Below are positions 41,007 to 60,360 of a stretch of DNA of 64,000 bases, piece after piece. A program made the translations under genes and the position numbers. Under the pieces are notes generated by a model. That model saw only the letters and a program-made list of their open reading frames with translations, searched no databases and was not told where the DNA came from. Location of the stretch: NCBI RefSeq assembly GCF_009914755.1, contig NC_060929.1; one strand, given 5' to 3'. The DNA comes from the human T2T-CHM13v2.0 reference genome, Homo sapiens. The number at the start of each line of letters is the position of its first letter. Within the stretch, counting starts at the first letter, position 1.

Positions 41007-42259
41007 CTGTTGGGGGTGGGGAGGCAGCGGGGAGAATCAATGAAATAAAATGTTAAAATGAGTTTTTTCCTGCTACTAAATCACAATAAGAGCTATCACT
41101 AATGTTTAAACATTTACACATAAAATTAAAACAAGACAAAGATCAGATCTACACTAAAGCAAATTAGCCAATTATAAACTGACTTCAAACTTAAACTCAC
41201 AACATCGTTTAAGTCATAAATTCTGCTTTTCTACTCAGTTCTATATTCCTGCTCTCTGAAAACTATTCTTAGATAAGATTTAATTAAGCATTAAGTCTGC
41301 TTAATAAGCATCTGTGGTACTAGGCTGCCCCTTAGCAAAGAAAATTATCACAAAAACCTCTTAATTTTAATCACACACACTCTTTACTTCACAATCTTTG
41401 CTCTAAACTTATTTGAACGTTTCCAACAAGCAAGTTCAACAACCTATATAGTCACTGAAATGTTATGAAATAACTACATATTAACATCACCAGCTACTTT
41501 CTTCCTTGACAATTATGTACCCAACTGTTTCCATTATTCCCTCCTCTACAATAGTTATGACAATTAAGCAACTGAATTTTTTATATCTATTAAACATTTT
41601 TCATGGTTGGCTTATGGCCAGTTTCAATACTTAATAGCAATTTTGTGTCTCTTTATGTCACTCCAACCACCATGTCTACCCTGTCGATTGTCCCTTTTTT
41701 CCTGTGCCACCTTTTTTTTTAATCTTTCCTACTTAAATTTTTAATGGTTGTGAGCATACAAAAAAATCACAGAACTGGGAAAAACAGCAACAAAAAGTAG
41801 AAGGAATAAACAGCAATGACAGAATATCAAATTAGATATGAGTGAGCAATTAGTCTACAAAAGTGGATTGAAAAGCTCAAAGAAAAAGACTAAGCTATGC
41901 AGCACCAGCTAAAATGAGAAAATAACAGAAATGAAAATGGGGGCGGGGGTGGCTTGGAAGAAGGGAGAATCAGACACCTGTGTGATTAAGCTTTCAGTGC
42001 TTTCTCTTAAAAAAGTTGGTGACATACATTGACTGTTTGGTAATCCATCTCTAACCTATTAAACTTGTAATATTTTAAAAATCAGTCATTTCCCTGTTCC
42101 CTGGTCATAATATACCCTTATTTACAGGCCTGATATCTACCTGCTTATACTCCAGAAACTTAGAAGAAAGTACAGAACCAAATAGGAAAGATTCTGATGG
42201 AATAGCCCCACCCTCCCAATTCTAAGAAATATCTAGGTTCACCTGTTGTCCATCATCAT

Positions 42260-42789
42260 ATGCAGAATTCTATATATGGCCCTATCCCAAGATTCCATGA
42301 CCTGATCTCTGGGTCCTGTGAACATGGTGAGGTATCAGCGCTATGACTGTGACTATGTTTATGTTATATTGTCTAGCAGAGCATAAGAAAGAGTATACAG
42401 CATATAGCAGGCTTGATCTAATTAGAGAGCTTTCTCTAGCTGGTAGCCAAAGAAAAAGTCAGAGAGGCTGAAAGCAGTAGAAAGATTCCAGCATTGTTGC
42501 CTTTGCAGAGGGAGAAGACCATGTGCTGAGGAATGTGGGAGGCCTCTAGAAGGTGAAAATAGGCCCCAGCTGACAGCCAGTAAAGAAAAAGGCATAGCAG
42601 TTGTACAGTAGCAAGAAACTAAATTTTCTCAACAATCTGAATGACCTTGGAAGTGGATTCTTCACCAGAGCCTCCAGGCAAGACCTGAGCCAGACTTCTG
42701 ACCTATCAAACTGTGATCTAATAAACTGGTATTGTTTTAAGCCATCATGCTTATTGTTATTTGGTGTGCAGCAACAGAAAACTCATACA
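42260..42789 (+). mobile_element. MLT1-family (MaLR) LTR
   Basis: ccccagctgacagccag, gacttctgacct, ttgttttaagcca...gcagcaacagaaaactcataca end. Confidence 0.78.
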
Positions 42790-42993
42790 CTCTCCACAAT
42801 AAGAGAATGTCTATATTTCAAAAGAAGCCAAGAAAGGGCCTTACAAATTCCGATTCATAACTGAAGTTTGCAGGAATAAGTTTGAGAAGTCTTAGAGGAC
42901 ATCTACTTTGATCTCTTAGCTCAAAGTAGATCATGGTATGTTAGGGTGAGAATGAGTTCACAATGATGGATGTGACTGAAGGTATGAAACCAC

Positions 42994-43293
<300 letters not shown>

Positions 43294-43982
43294 TGAAAAA
43301 CAATAAAAACATTTCCCTGGCAATGTATACTATGTATCACAGTAAGTTTATGTCTACATTAAACTCATTGCAGTGCAATAAAGTCTACCAGAAAAAACAC
43401 TAGATAGCGTATTTAATGGAATTGTGTCATTTGCAAAATCTTTACAGAGTGCTTTATTTGATCCCTAAATTATGTTAAAGTTATCTCCAAATACCTAGTG
43501 AACATGTGCCTTTCTCTCCAAAAACACCCTGAAAATTATACTGTCTCATTTCTAGATAATAATATTTACTCTATTCTCATTTATTTCTGTATTAAACTTA
43601 TTCTCAGAATTCTACATATTACATCATTCTGCTGACTCAGTAAGTTAAGGTCACTCTTCATTCTACTATCTACTGTTATTTCATTCTTTTGGTTTTTTAA
43701 ATGTAATTATGCTAAAATATATACATTACAAAAACAATGACCTTGGTTTCTGTCACAGTCTACCATATATTTTTGGAAATAAGAAATTAATCTTTAAATT
43801 TCTCAAAGCTTTAAATTTTTTAAACCACAGTAAATTATGAGAGAAATGCAACTAATTCTATAAAATAGAAAATTTATTTAAACTCACATTTCTCTGGCTG
43901 TACATGGAATCACGCAAACCTAAAAGCTTTAGTATTAACATATACATTATCTTAAAAATTATTAGGAACCAATGTTACTTAC

Positions 43983-44050
43983 TTGAGCTGTCCTTCAGCT
44001 GTATCTGGACTATGTCTGTAGTGAAAATCAGTATAGGGTGCTAAAATTCT
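43983..44050 (-). CDS. RICTOR: RICTOR exon 9
   Basis: 68 nt, RILAPYTDFHYRHSPDTAEGQL. Confidence 0.98.
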
Positions 44051-44561
44051 CTATTTAAAAAAAAAAAGGAAGAAAAGAGTCTTTATTTTAAAATGCATCC
44101 TTCCTGCATTTTATGGAATGTAACATTCCATTTCTCTCTATCTTTAATGGGTTTACTGCTTGGGGGACTTATTTCTTCTAACTCATCATCAGGGAATATG
44201 TTTGGTGATTTTTTTTAATGTACAAATTGAAGTTCTGAACTTTTAAATTGAGGTTTAACATGTATCTAAAACAGTGATTTTCTCAAACTAAGCACACTCA
44301 TGTAACTAGCACAAGATAAAACATTATAGGCATCCTCAAAGCTCTATTATACCTTTGTAGTCACAATCAGTATCTATCCCAAGATAACCGTCTTGACTTC
44401 TGACACTATGATTAGTTTTGCCTGTGTTTGAAAATTTAAATAGTTCTATTAATGAACTGCACGTTCCTTTTGTTGCTGGTATAAAGAAAATCCAAGTTAT
44501 TTTTGTGTGGTGTTGTTTGTATTCAGCAACCTTGCTAAAATAACTCATTACTTTAGTACTT

Positions 44562-44697
44562 AAGAGACAAGATCTTACTCTACTGTGCAGACTAAGGTGT
44601 AGTGAGTGGTGTGATCATAGCTTACTGCAACCTTGAACTCCTAGGCTCAAGCAATCCTCCCGCCTTAGCCTCCAGAGTAGCTGGGATTACCGGCTAC
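44562..44697 (-). mobile_element. Alu monomer (FRAM/FLAM-like)
   Basis: Single diverged Alu arm. Confidence 0.75.
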
Positions 44698-44939
44698 TTT
44701 AGAACTACTATATTTTATTAACAACCTTCCCATCTTGTCTACGGCATTACTGTGGACATGAATTTTAGTTCTAAATATAATTTAAAACATAAGAGATTAA
44801 TAACTACTTTTAACAGTCATGATTCTTTTAAATCTAGTCATATATTTACTTTTTCTGGTGCTCTTCATTCCTTCCTGCATTTCTTTGTTTTAGGTCATTT
44901 TCCTTTTAACTGAGGATTCCCTTTAGTCTTTATGTCTCC

Positions 44940-45170
44940 TTTTAACAACAAATCATATTTATTAATTTATACAGTTTCAATGACTTAAGAGTCTAGGAGA
45001 GGCTTGGCTACATGGTTATGGCTCAAAGTCTCATAAGATTTCAGTCCAAGTGCTAGCCAAGCCTGTAGTCATCTGAAGGTCTGACTGGAGCTAGAGGATC
45101 TGCGTCAACAAGTGTCATTCACAAGGTGCTGATTATTGGCAAGAGGGCTCAGTTCCTCCCTATGTATTAT
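44940..45170. mobile_element. MLT1 LTR fragment within old L1 debris
   Basis: gtcatctgaaggtctgactggagctagaggatctgc motif. Confidence 0.55.
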
Positions 45171-45962
45171 CTTGTTTGTTTTCTGAGCTTTACAACATGA
45201 AGCTTTATCAGTTTTAGAAACAAAGTTTTGGCCACTTTCTCTTTGGATCTTTGCTTCTGCCAATTTTTTCTCTCCAAAGACTGCAATTACGTTTTATCCC
45301 TTTTGTGCTGTTCAATTTATTTCTTTTTTCTCTGTGCTTTACTGTGTGTATTAACATTATTTTTGTTTTACCCTTGGATATTTTTATTGACTTCTCTTTC
45401 AGTTTACTAATAACATCTTCCTGTTCAAACTGAATTTTAATTTCATTGTGCTCTGAATTCCAGATATCGTATTTTCAGTACTAGAATTTCCATTTGATTT
45501 TTTTCACATATCCAATTATATGATAAAATTCTCCATTATTTCATCTATTTTATTTCTCTTCTTGAACAAATTAATCGGGGTTGTTTTAATGTCTTTTTCC
45601 TCTATCTGAATCACCTGCAAGCATGTTTCTATGGATTGTTTTTTTTCTTTTGGGTTTTCAGTCATACAGTCATGTCTTTTTACGTGACTAATTTCCAACT
45701 GAATGTCAGGCATTGTGCACTTTATAAAAGACTCCAAGTGATGTTATCTCCCACTAGAGATGGCTTATTCTTTCCTCTGCTAGACAGGTAGATTAAGGGG
45801 ACTGATCACCTTATTCTAACGTCCAACTAAGTTAAATTGAGGCTACAATGCAATTTTGATAAGACTAAGTAGGCCTCTGGTTTTCCTGTGTTTGAGGTTT
45901 GTTTCATTTACATAAAGGCTTTGCTAATCCACTGTGTGATATATAGGAATAAAAACTCAGCT

Positions 45963-46268
45963 GGCTGGGCATAGTGGCTCATACCTGTAAGCCCAGCAGT
46001 TTGGGAGGCTGAAGTGGGTGGACTGCATGAGCTCCAGGAGTTCAAGACCAGCCTGAGCAACATGGCAAAGCCCCGTCTCTACAAAAAATACAAAAATTAG
46101 CCAGGTGTGGTGGCATGTAACTATAGTCCCAGCTACTCAGGAGGTTGACATGGAAGGATCGATTGAGTGCGGGAGGTCCAGGCTGCAGTGAGATGTGATT
46201 GTGCCACTACACTTAAGCCTGGGCAACAGAGTGAGACCCCATCTCAAAACAAAACAAAAAGCAAAACA
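45963..46268 (+). mobile_element. AluJ-like
   Basis: Sense Alu with J-type ggaggtccaggctgcagtgag. Confidence 0.92.
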
Positions 46269-47266
46269 CAGAGCCTATACATATTATCTTTTATTCATCT
46301 CTCCAATTTTAAAATTACAGTTTTCTTACTTGATAAGAAAAAAAATTAAAGCTAAACATATTATAAAATATCAACAGTGCCAGTTTATTCCCACAGGATT
46401 CCAATAAATAATATACTTGAAATCACTTATTAGGACTATTATACTAACATTGTTAGTTAATAATATAGGCTAATGTCAATTTTATAATGTGAAGCATTTT
46501 TAAAAATAGTCCTGATAAAAACAGAACACTTAAGTTTCAAAAAATGATTTGGAAAAACAAATTAGGGGACAATCAATCTTTTATATCACACATGATTTCA
46601 TACCTAAATACAAACAAATCCTTGATTTAAGCTGACTCCAAATACTATATTCAAAGGACAACAATGCAATACATGCACACGAAGAAACTATAATACAGTG
46701 CATAATTCTGTTCCAACCTCCACGACATACTTTCTTATAAGGTATACAGTAGCCCTGTTACTTTTGACTAACTGTAATAAACCTTACTTGAATCAGTAAA
46801 AAATTTAAGAGGTATTTACAAAATATACATACATGCTTTCTTTCAAGTAGATATAATTAGTTGCTAACAAAGTGCTTCCAACTTCAGATAATTTTAGGTT
46901 TCATAAATATTGTATAATTAGCAGGAGCTATTCACACACAATGTACTAAAGGCCTTAAAAACAAATGGTAATCTTAAATAGGTAAATTTGTTACATAACT
47001 TTATTTGTACTCTAATTTGGTTCATAAACTTTTCATAGATAATACAAAAATAAAATTTACACATTGATGAAATATTCTTAAGAGTAATGTTTTCAATTCA
47101 GTCCAAACTGAATGATCTGTAAAACAGAGCTGGGAATAAATTAGTGTCGGCTAATTTAGGCTTGATAATTAATGTGGTGCTGCATCTATAAAATTTAGTA
47201 TTTCAAAGTAAAAGTATACATTTATAATAATATTTTAAAACTAGAAAAGAATATTAAAGTTCCTAC

Positions 47267-47436
47267 CTCTAATTCTACATCAGCTCGCACATACTGTCGA
47301 GTCTTTGGATGATTAAGAAGGTGCAAAATTGTAGTAATTAGGGCCTCATTTATTCGACTTAATTGGCAATCGATCACATTTTTCAAGATGGTGTTTAGTC
47401 CACCTCGAAGGGCCACCACCTCTGGATTCTGAAGTG
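47267..47436 (-). CDS. RICTOR: RICTOR exon 8
   Basis: 170 nt, LQNPEVVALRGG...ADVELE. Confidence 0.98.
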
Positions 47437-48160
47437 CTAAAAGAGAAAAACTTAACATATTATATTTGGGGTAATTATTAAAAGTAATAAAAAATCTAGG
47501 CTTTAAAACTTAATTGCCTTTCTGACTTGAAAAACTTTCTAATACCAACATTTATAAGAACAGGTAGATAAAAGGACAAGTGGAAAATGTAAGAGTCACT
47601 GAATATACTTCCCCACAACCTGATATTTAAAATATCTTTGGATTGTCTTTTCATACCCTTTGTCCATATAATAACGGAATGGCTTTTTTTCCTATCAGTT
47701 GCAGGGAGTTCTTTATAAAGTAGGGATATTAGCCATTTATCTGTCTCAAATCTTTCATTTGTGATTTAACTTCAGATTTTGATTAAAATGGTGTATTTCA
47801 TTTCTCTATATTTTTATTAAACACACACATAGAACACACAGTTTAATAATTTTAAGCTCAAAAATTTCTTGCTCCAAAGATCAGGCATTTATTTGCATAC
47901 GTGCATGTGTACATATGTGTTTTAAAAGAGTTCATGAATTAGTTACACTTCGGTTTTCAATCTGTTAGGAAGCTGAGTTTTGTTAAGATGATAAACTCAA
48001 TTTTCCCCCTCCCAAATGTTGAATCAATTATCCTGGGATGCTTCCCAAACTAGTTTTTGTACTTTATGATACATTAAAGTTTTCTGTTTATCAGGGTCAG
48101 CAACTCTTGATTCTCTTTCATTTTTCTCTCCCTTAACAACCTAGGTTAACAGTTTAAAAT

Positions 48161-48250
48161 TATACATACATACACACATATATATATACATATATATACA
48201 CATACATATATATATAAACAGTTAACAGTTTATACATACATATACATATA
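48161..48250. repeat. (TA)/(CA)/(TACA) compound microsatellite
   Basis: Visible alternating repeat with a duplicated gttaacagttta block. Confidence 0.85.
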
Positions 48251-49079
48251 AATATATTCTCTTTCAAAAATGTTTATTTTTACTCTTTTTCAAAAATGTT
48301 TTCATGGTTGGTTCTTTACTGTTTATTCTTCCAGAAAATTTTAGAATCAAGTTTCTTTTCTTCTATTTTCTAAAATGAGGCATAATTACATTTAGTAAAA
48401 TCACAGATCTTAATGGTATAGTTCAATAAACTATGAACAATGTCCCACTCAACATACAGAACTCTCATTATCCTAGAAAGATCTCTCACATTACTTTCCA
48501 ATGAGTCCTCCTCCATTGCACAGGCAGCCACTGTTCTCATTTCTACCCTTATAGATTAGTTGTGTCTTCTTAAGAACCAATTTGACAAATTCAAAAGTAC
48601 TTCCCAAACACACACACAAGTCATACACAGTTCTTATAAAATTTGTCTTATATATTTTCTTTTCTACTTTAAAATAGTATTGCTTTTTCTAATTACTGAT
48701 TATTGTTGAAACACAAAAATCTGTCAAATCTGTGTTTTCACATAGTCCTTCTACCTAAAATTAAGTTGGTTTTCGCTTCAGAGTTTTTCTATATATAAGA
48801 TACCATCTACAAAGTAACACTGTCTCCTTTCCAATATATAAACATATTTTATTTTGGCTAATAACCTGGCTAAAAGTTTTAAAATAATGCTAATTAATAG
48901 TTACAAGGATGTGGTATCTGTAGAAATTCACCATTAAGAATAGCATTGATTGTTGATTTGAGATAAATATTCTTGAATGTTAACAAAGGAGCCTTCTAAT
49001 TATCTATGTATCTAGGCATATGTGTATCTGTGTACATGTACATAAAATGCTAGTTACATAATAAGAAATTTGTAGGTTT

Positions 49080-49407
<328 letters not shown>

Positions 49408-50161
49408 TTAATGCTCTAAATCAGATAACACTACGTAAGAATTACCTGTTTTTTTTTTAAAACAAAAGTACCTGGATGAGTTTTTTTGGAGCAATTATTT
49501 TATCAATGTTTTCAAATACTTCTATAGCTTTTGAACTATTTGTATTTTACAATTTGTGAGTGACTGGAAATTAAAATTTATCCTGAAAATCCATTCATAT
49601 TATTAAGTTTCCGAATACACATAAAAACTATTCTCTTCATTTATTTATTAATCTTTTGTATTTCAAATCTTTGAGTTTTCCAAACATTTGTGGATTTTAG
49701 TTTCTTCTTCCAATTAACAATTTAGATTACATAATCTATCTTGTTCAATAATTAAGACTTTTACTGGTTTTTCTCCATCTGCTTAACATGAAATGGATTT
49801 TTTTTCTTCTTTTGGTATTTCTTGAGTTATACTGGTTCACTCACTTATTTTTTGCTTAATTATAATGAGCTTTCTAATGAAAAATTATCTTTGAGTATAG
49901 CTTTCTAGGCATCCAGGCAGTCCTACAGACTGGTGCACAGTCAAGTTTTACTACATATTTTTTAAATTTCCCTAATCACAGTTCTGACTCTGTCTTTAAA
50001 TCAACAAGTATTGTGGTCTTTTTAAAAAATCCTCAATGGTAGGTTTTGGTTCTCTTTTTTTTTAGCTTAAACTTTTGTTATCATTTATCACCTCAAGAAG
50101 GAACGTAACCAACACCACTCCTACTTCAGGTGGCAAAAAAACATCTTTTCTTGTGACTTAA

Positions 50162-50508
<347 letters not shown>

Positions 50509-50547
50509 TAAAATATGTTGCTTAGCCATGCATTTCTTTGAGAATTA

Positions 50548-50833
50548 CAGCCATCACTCTGTATACACAGGGAAATGGTTCTAGGACCCCCGATGATACC
50601 AAAATTCTCAGATGCTCAAGTCCTTTATATAAAATGGCATAGTATTTACATATAACCTATGCACATCCTCTCATATGCTTTAAATCACCTCTAGATTACT
50701 TACAATACCCTACAATGTAAACCCTATGTAAATGGTTATACTGTATTTAAAATTTTTTTTTTCTCTAAATGTTTTAGAACTGCGGATGGTTCAATCCACA
50801 GATGTGGAAGCTGTGGATATGAAAGGCCAACTG
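50548..50833. mobile_element. MER2 (Tigger MITE)
   Basis: TA|cag...gatgctcaagtcctttatataaaatggc...aggccaactg|TA. Confidence 0.85.
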
Positions 50834-51021
50834 TATTTGTTTTCCTATTGGTTTGTATATAAATAAATTACTTATTTTACTTGTTACATTTACCTTTTTA
50901 TTGGATTGTTCTGGCACTGCTTGTTTTTGTGACTCCTTATAGTAATATCTATAGCTGCCAAAATCCCTGTGTGATTTCTTTTGATAACTCAAAACTCCTT
51001 TTCCTTCCAATGATCAGATAA

Positions 51022-51394
<373 letters not shown>

Positions 51395-51453
51395 TAGAGT
51401 TTATTATTTTTAGGCATAATGGATTGTTTACTGTTTTTAACCCACATCAAGAA

Positions 51454-51797
51454 TGATTTGGTTTGGCTCTGTGTCCCCACCCAAATCTCATCTCAAATTG
51501 GACCCACGTGTCGAGGAAGGGACCTGGTGGGAGGTGACTGAATTATGGGGCGGTTTTCTCCATGCTGTTCTCGTGATAGTGAATCTCATGAAATCTGAAG
51601 GTTTAAAAGTGACACTTCCCCTTCTCTCTTTCTCCTGCTGCTACGTAAGACATGCCTCACTTCCATTGCCTTCTGCCACAATTGTAAGTTTCCTGAGGCC
51701 TCTCAAGTCATGCAGAACTGTGAGTCAAATAACCTTTTTTCTTCATAAATTACCCAGTCTCAAGGAGTTCATAATAGTGTGAAAATGAACTAATACA
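51454..51797 (+). mobile_element. THE1/MST-family solo LTR
   Basis: TGATTTGGTTTGGCTCTGTGTCCCC...ACTAATACA. Confidence 0.88.
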
Positions 51798-52047
51798 AAC
51801 ATACAGAATAACTAATGTTAGAGAGCCAGACTTTAGTAGATTCTATAATATTACTGGAATTTAGACAATTCCTATACTAAATTTAATGATGAAGAAAAGT
51901 TTAAAATTTATAGAATTTTAATGTCGCATTGAAATTATTTGTTAAATAACAAGTTCTCCACTTCCCTACCAGAAATGTACTACTTTTTCACATTTTTGGA
52001 ACAATAAAGAATTCATGCATTAAAGGCCTCAAAAATGTTATATATCC

Positions 52048-55890
<3,843 letters not shown>

Positions 55891-56390
55891 TACATATATA
55901 CGATATATACACGATATATACACGATATATACACGATATATACACGATATATATACGATATATACACGATATACACGATATATACACGATATATACGATA
56001 TATACATGATATACACGATATATATGATATATACACGATATATGATATATATGATATATATCAGATATATGATATATATCAGATATATATCAGATATATC
56101 AGATATATGATATATATCAGATATATATATCTGATATATATCATATCTGATATATATCATATATATGATATATCAGATATATATCAGATATGATATATAT
56201 CATATATATCATATATATGATATATATGAGATATATGATATATATGAGATATATGATATATATGAGATATATGAGATATATGAGATATATGAGATATATG
56301 ATATATGAGATATATGAGATATATGATATATGAGATATATGATATATATATGATAGATATATGATAGATATATGATAGATATATATATCT
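55891..56390. repeat. Complex AT-rich micro/minisatellite derived from the L1 tail
   Basis: Arrays of ACGATATATAC, CAGATATAT, ATGAGATAT and GATAGATATAT. Confidence 0.97.
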
Positions 56391-56449
56391 CAAATGTTAT
56401 ATATCCTTTCTAAAATATTACATTTTCATTACTTGAAGAAAATTCTGAC

Positions 56450-56576
56450 CTAGTTCACAGATAATGGCAATGCATGCTCGGACCATTCTGTCTCTTTCTT
56501 GAAGTCCATCATTTCCAACTGCAATTAATGAGTTGGTCACAGAACTAGGAAACAAGGAAGCATTCACAGTAATCAT
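56450..56576 (-). CDS. RICTOR: RICTOR exon 7
   Basis: 127 nt, MITVNASLFPSS...AIICEL. Confidence 0.98.
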
Positions 56577-57959
56577 CTGTAACAGAAGGAATCAGAAAAA
56601 GAAGTTACTTTAGTAATACATTTCTTAAACCTATTTTGTCCAGACTGAAGTAGTTAATAACAGAATAAGATCCAGAATAAGATCTAGGTATCAATTTTAA
56701 TCTTTTGCTTATGGATATTTCAAAAGATTAATATAACTAATAATTGATGTAACAAATGTTAATAGCCATTACTATGGAAAATGTGTTAGATTTTTTTCTA
56801 ACAGTACAGACTATAAATTCACTGACCAAATGTTTCTGAGATTTTAAATTACTCTAGAATAGGGCCTAAATCTTAAACAGTTTTTCAGTACCTAGACAAG
56901 GTAAACCAGAGGGGACAATAGTAGTCAATATACTACTGTACTTTTACGATCCTGACCAACTCTCCATATACCATCATCACCAAGTCCTACCAATTTACTT
57001 CCATAACATCTTTATCTCTACTCCCCTCTCCTCATGAAATTAATTAACTTGGGCCCTCACTCTCACTCTGACTACTGCAATAGATATCTAATGATCTCCT
57101 TACTCTCTAGTCACCTCTCCCATCAATCACTTGTTGCTATACCAGAAAGCAGAGTTCATAATCCAAATCTATTTTTAATATTTCAAAAATCCTGATGGAA
57201 ATATATTGTAATAAAATTTTGTATGAATCTCACATTAAAGATCTAACTGGCAGTAACATTTGGAATATTGAAAACAGGTAACATATGTCTTTGATTTGGG
57301 AAACAGAAAATTATGTAGCTAATTATTGTTTAATAAATAAAGACTATTTTGCAAATTAATTCAAAATAGCAGGTTACTGGAGTGGAAATAAAATATTTTG
57401 TTTGTATAGTAATAAAATATTAGAGAAAATTAATTTGACCCAGATATTACTAGATTTATTGTCCTGTTGATAAAATAAAACTTGTGAGATGAAACAATTA
57501 GAGGATGTAATATAACTAATGAAAGACACACAATTAAGTCTTACAGAAGATCAAAAGAAAGATCTGTTTGATCAGTAGTTGTAAGTGGTTTGTCATTTAA
57601 ACAGCATTTTTAAGACATATTACAAAGTTCACCTGAAATTACAGAATACAGTTCTACAAGCATAAATCAAATACATCTCCAATAACTGTAGAATCTACAA
57701 AAGCTTTCATATTCATTTCTAAGTCAGTTTTTTCAATTAACTGAAAAAGGAGAGAAAGAAAGGGAGAAGGAAGGAGGTATAGGAAGTATAGGAAATCAAT
57801 CTTCCTGGGTGAAAGAATTCTAACATCTTATGTCGGTAAGTTCTTTTTTAATACTTTCTGATTATTATTATTCTTATAAGGAGCTTATGAGAAAATTTCT
57901 CCAAACAGCAAAATGCATGTAATATATTCTGTAAAGAGCTGGCTGAAAAAACCGGCAAA

Positions 57960-58090
57960 ATGGTTTTTAGAGTTAAGTCTGCTATAATAAACTATGTTAC
58001 CTTGGCTAAACCAATCCTCTCTTGTGCCTCAGTTTCCTCATTTGTAAAATGAAGATATGTATGAACAGATGATTTCTAAAGTTTCAAGTA
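57960..58090 (+). mobile_element. MIR
   Basis: tgtgcctcagtttcctcatttgtaaaatg core. Confidence 0.75.
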
Positions 58091-59224
58091 TAAAATTCTA
58101 TATAAATCTTGTGTCTACTAAACATATACTTAATTCACCAGATTGTGCTATGAAATATATACATAAAATTTTTACAAATAAAATCACTCTTCTTATTTTC
58201 CAGGTAAATATATGCAAAGAAACTCTTAAATTGTGTGTAAATCAGAGAATGCTTTCCTCATAAATCAATGAATGCTCAGTAAGGGAGAAGCCATAAAATG
58301 CAGTCACTGTTAAAACTGTAAAAGTTTAATAATCTCTTCTGGCATGACAGGGCAGACATATAAAACAAATTAAAGATCATGATTAGGTAATAAATTTGTG
58401 GAACTGACACAAAGGAATTAGAGAAGCACTGAGTTACCTAAGGGGAATATCTAATATTTGAGCTCAGACTAGAAGATCGATGTAAGGTGAGAAGGGCTGA
58501 AAATGAAGAGTAGGAAGGAAGTAACAATTGTGGTAGTAGTGGTGGGTAGTTTGCCTACACATGGTGGCAAAAGACATGTCAGATAGAAATGGTTGGCTGG
58601 ACCAAAACTGGGCTCTGAAGGCCAAAGTTGGCAGGTTGAACTTCAAACTCATGGGCCAATGTAGGTTTGGAAATTTTGCAGAAGAGGGTTCTTGCTCTGG
58701 CTTTGCCACTATCTTGCTATGTATCAAGGGCATGAGATACCAGCCAATGAATCTCTTTCAAATGTAAAAAGTTTGTGGAATTCCTTATTACATGAATAAA
58801 GAAACTATATATGAAAAAAATGACAGCTCAAATTAGGTGGGCAGCGAGTAGAATTTAAATAAGATTAAGAAAAGAATAGTAGTAACTGACTAGTGGAAAA
58901 ATTACATTAAAAATGAGGGAGATAAAGCCAGAAAAGAGCTGCCTGCATTGGAAGGGGGAGAGAGAAGGGGGAAATCAGAGACATGGAAAAGAAAAAAGCA
59001 GACAGAACATTTCCAAATGAATGAGATGGGTAAAATAAGAGAAAAAGTAACATAAGAATTCCTTAATTATTCATAGTGTAAGTTATCCTAAAGCAAAAAA
59101 TGTTTTTCCTTATCCTTTAAAATATAATAGACATACTTTTATTAGAAATTTTAAGACTCTTGGGAATTCATACAAAAAAACTCAGTGATATAGTAATTAT
59201 AATATTAAATATTAATTTATACTG

Positions 59225-59892
<668 letters not shown>

Positions 59893-59914
59893 TAGTACAG
59901 CTGCCAAGGTTTTA

Positions 59915-59916
<2 letters not shown>

Positions 59917-59954
<38 letters not shown>
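59917..59954 (+). repeat. A38 homopolymer
   Basis: Uninterrupted A run. Confidence 0.95.
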
Positions 59955-59957
<3 letters not shown>

Positions 59958-60360
59958 TGCTTCAGATGCCAAAAGCACTAATGAAATTATAGTTTCTCTG
60001 GCCGATAGAGGCCACTGTTCGTTCAGCAAATGTGCTCTCACTCTAACCCTTTTAGCATAAACCAAGGAAAAGCCCTGTGCCACAATTCTACCGCTGATTC
60101 TATATCCCACCACCAAATATCAGCAATTTTCCTGTTCTAGGATTCACAAATGGTATGTGAGTCAACTACTCTGCATCTCAGAAGACAATCAAATGAAATG
60201 ATATTTTTGTTATGCTATTATTTTTGAGCAATTAAAAACTGACTACTTTAAATTAAATTTTAACTTATGCAAAAATAAAAAATTGAAGTAAAACATTTAC
60301 TAAAATATCCAAAATTGAATTTAATTGTCTGAATCCATTTGAAATTGTCTTTTCTTCTGA

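Noticed and set aside
55891-56390. CRISPR-like repeat array
   Set aside because: No unique spacers and no cas genes; primate intronic tandem repeat
56401-56410. ATATCCTTT resembling a U12 donor
   Set aside because: Opposite strand to RICTOR and overlaps the L1 TSD; none of the mapped RICTOR donors has the U12 consensus
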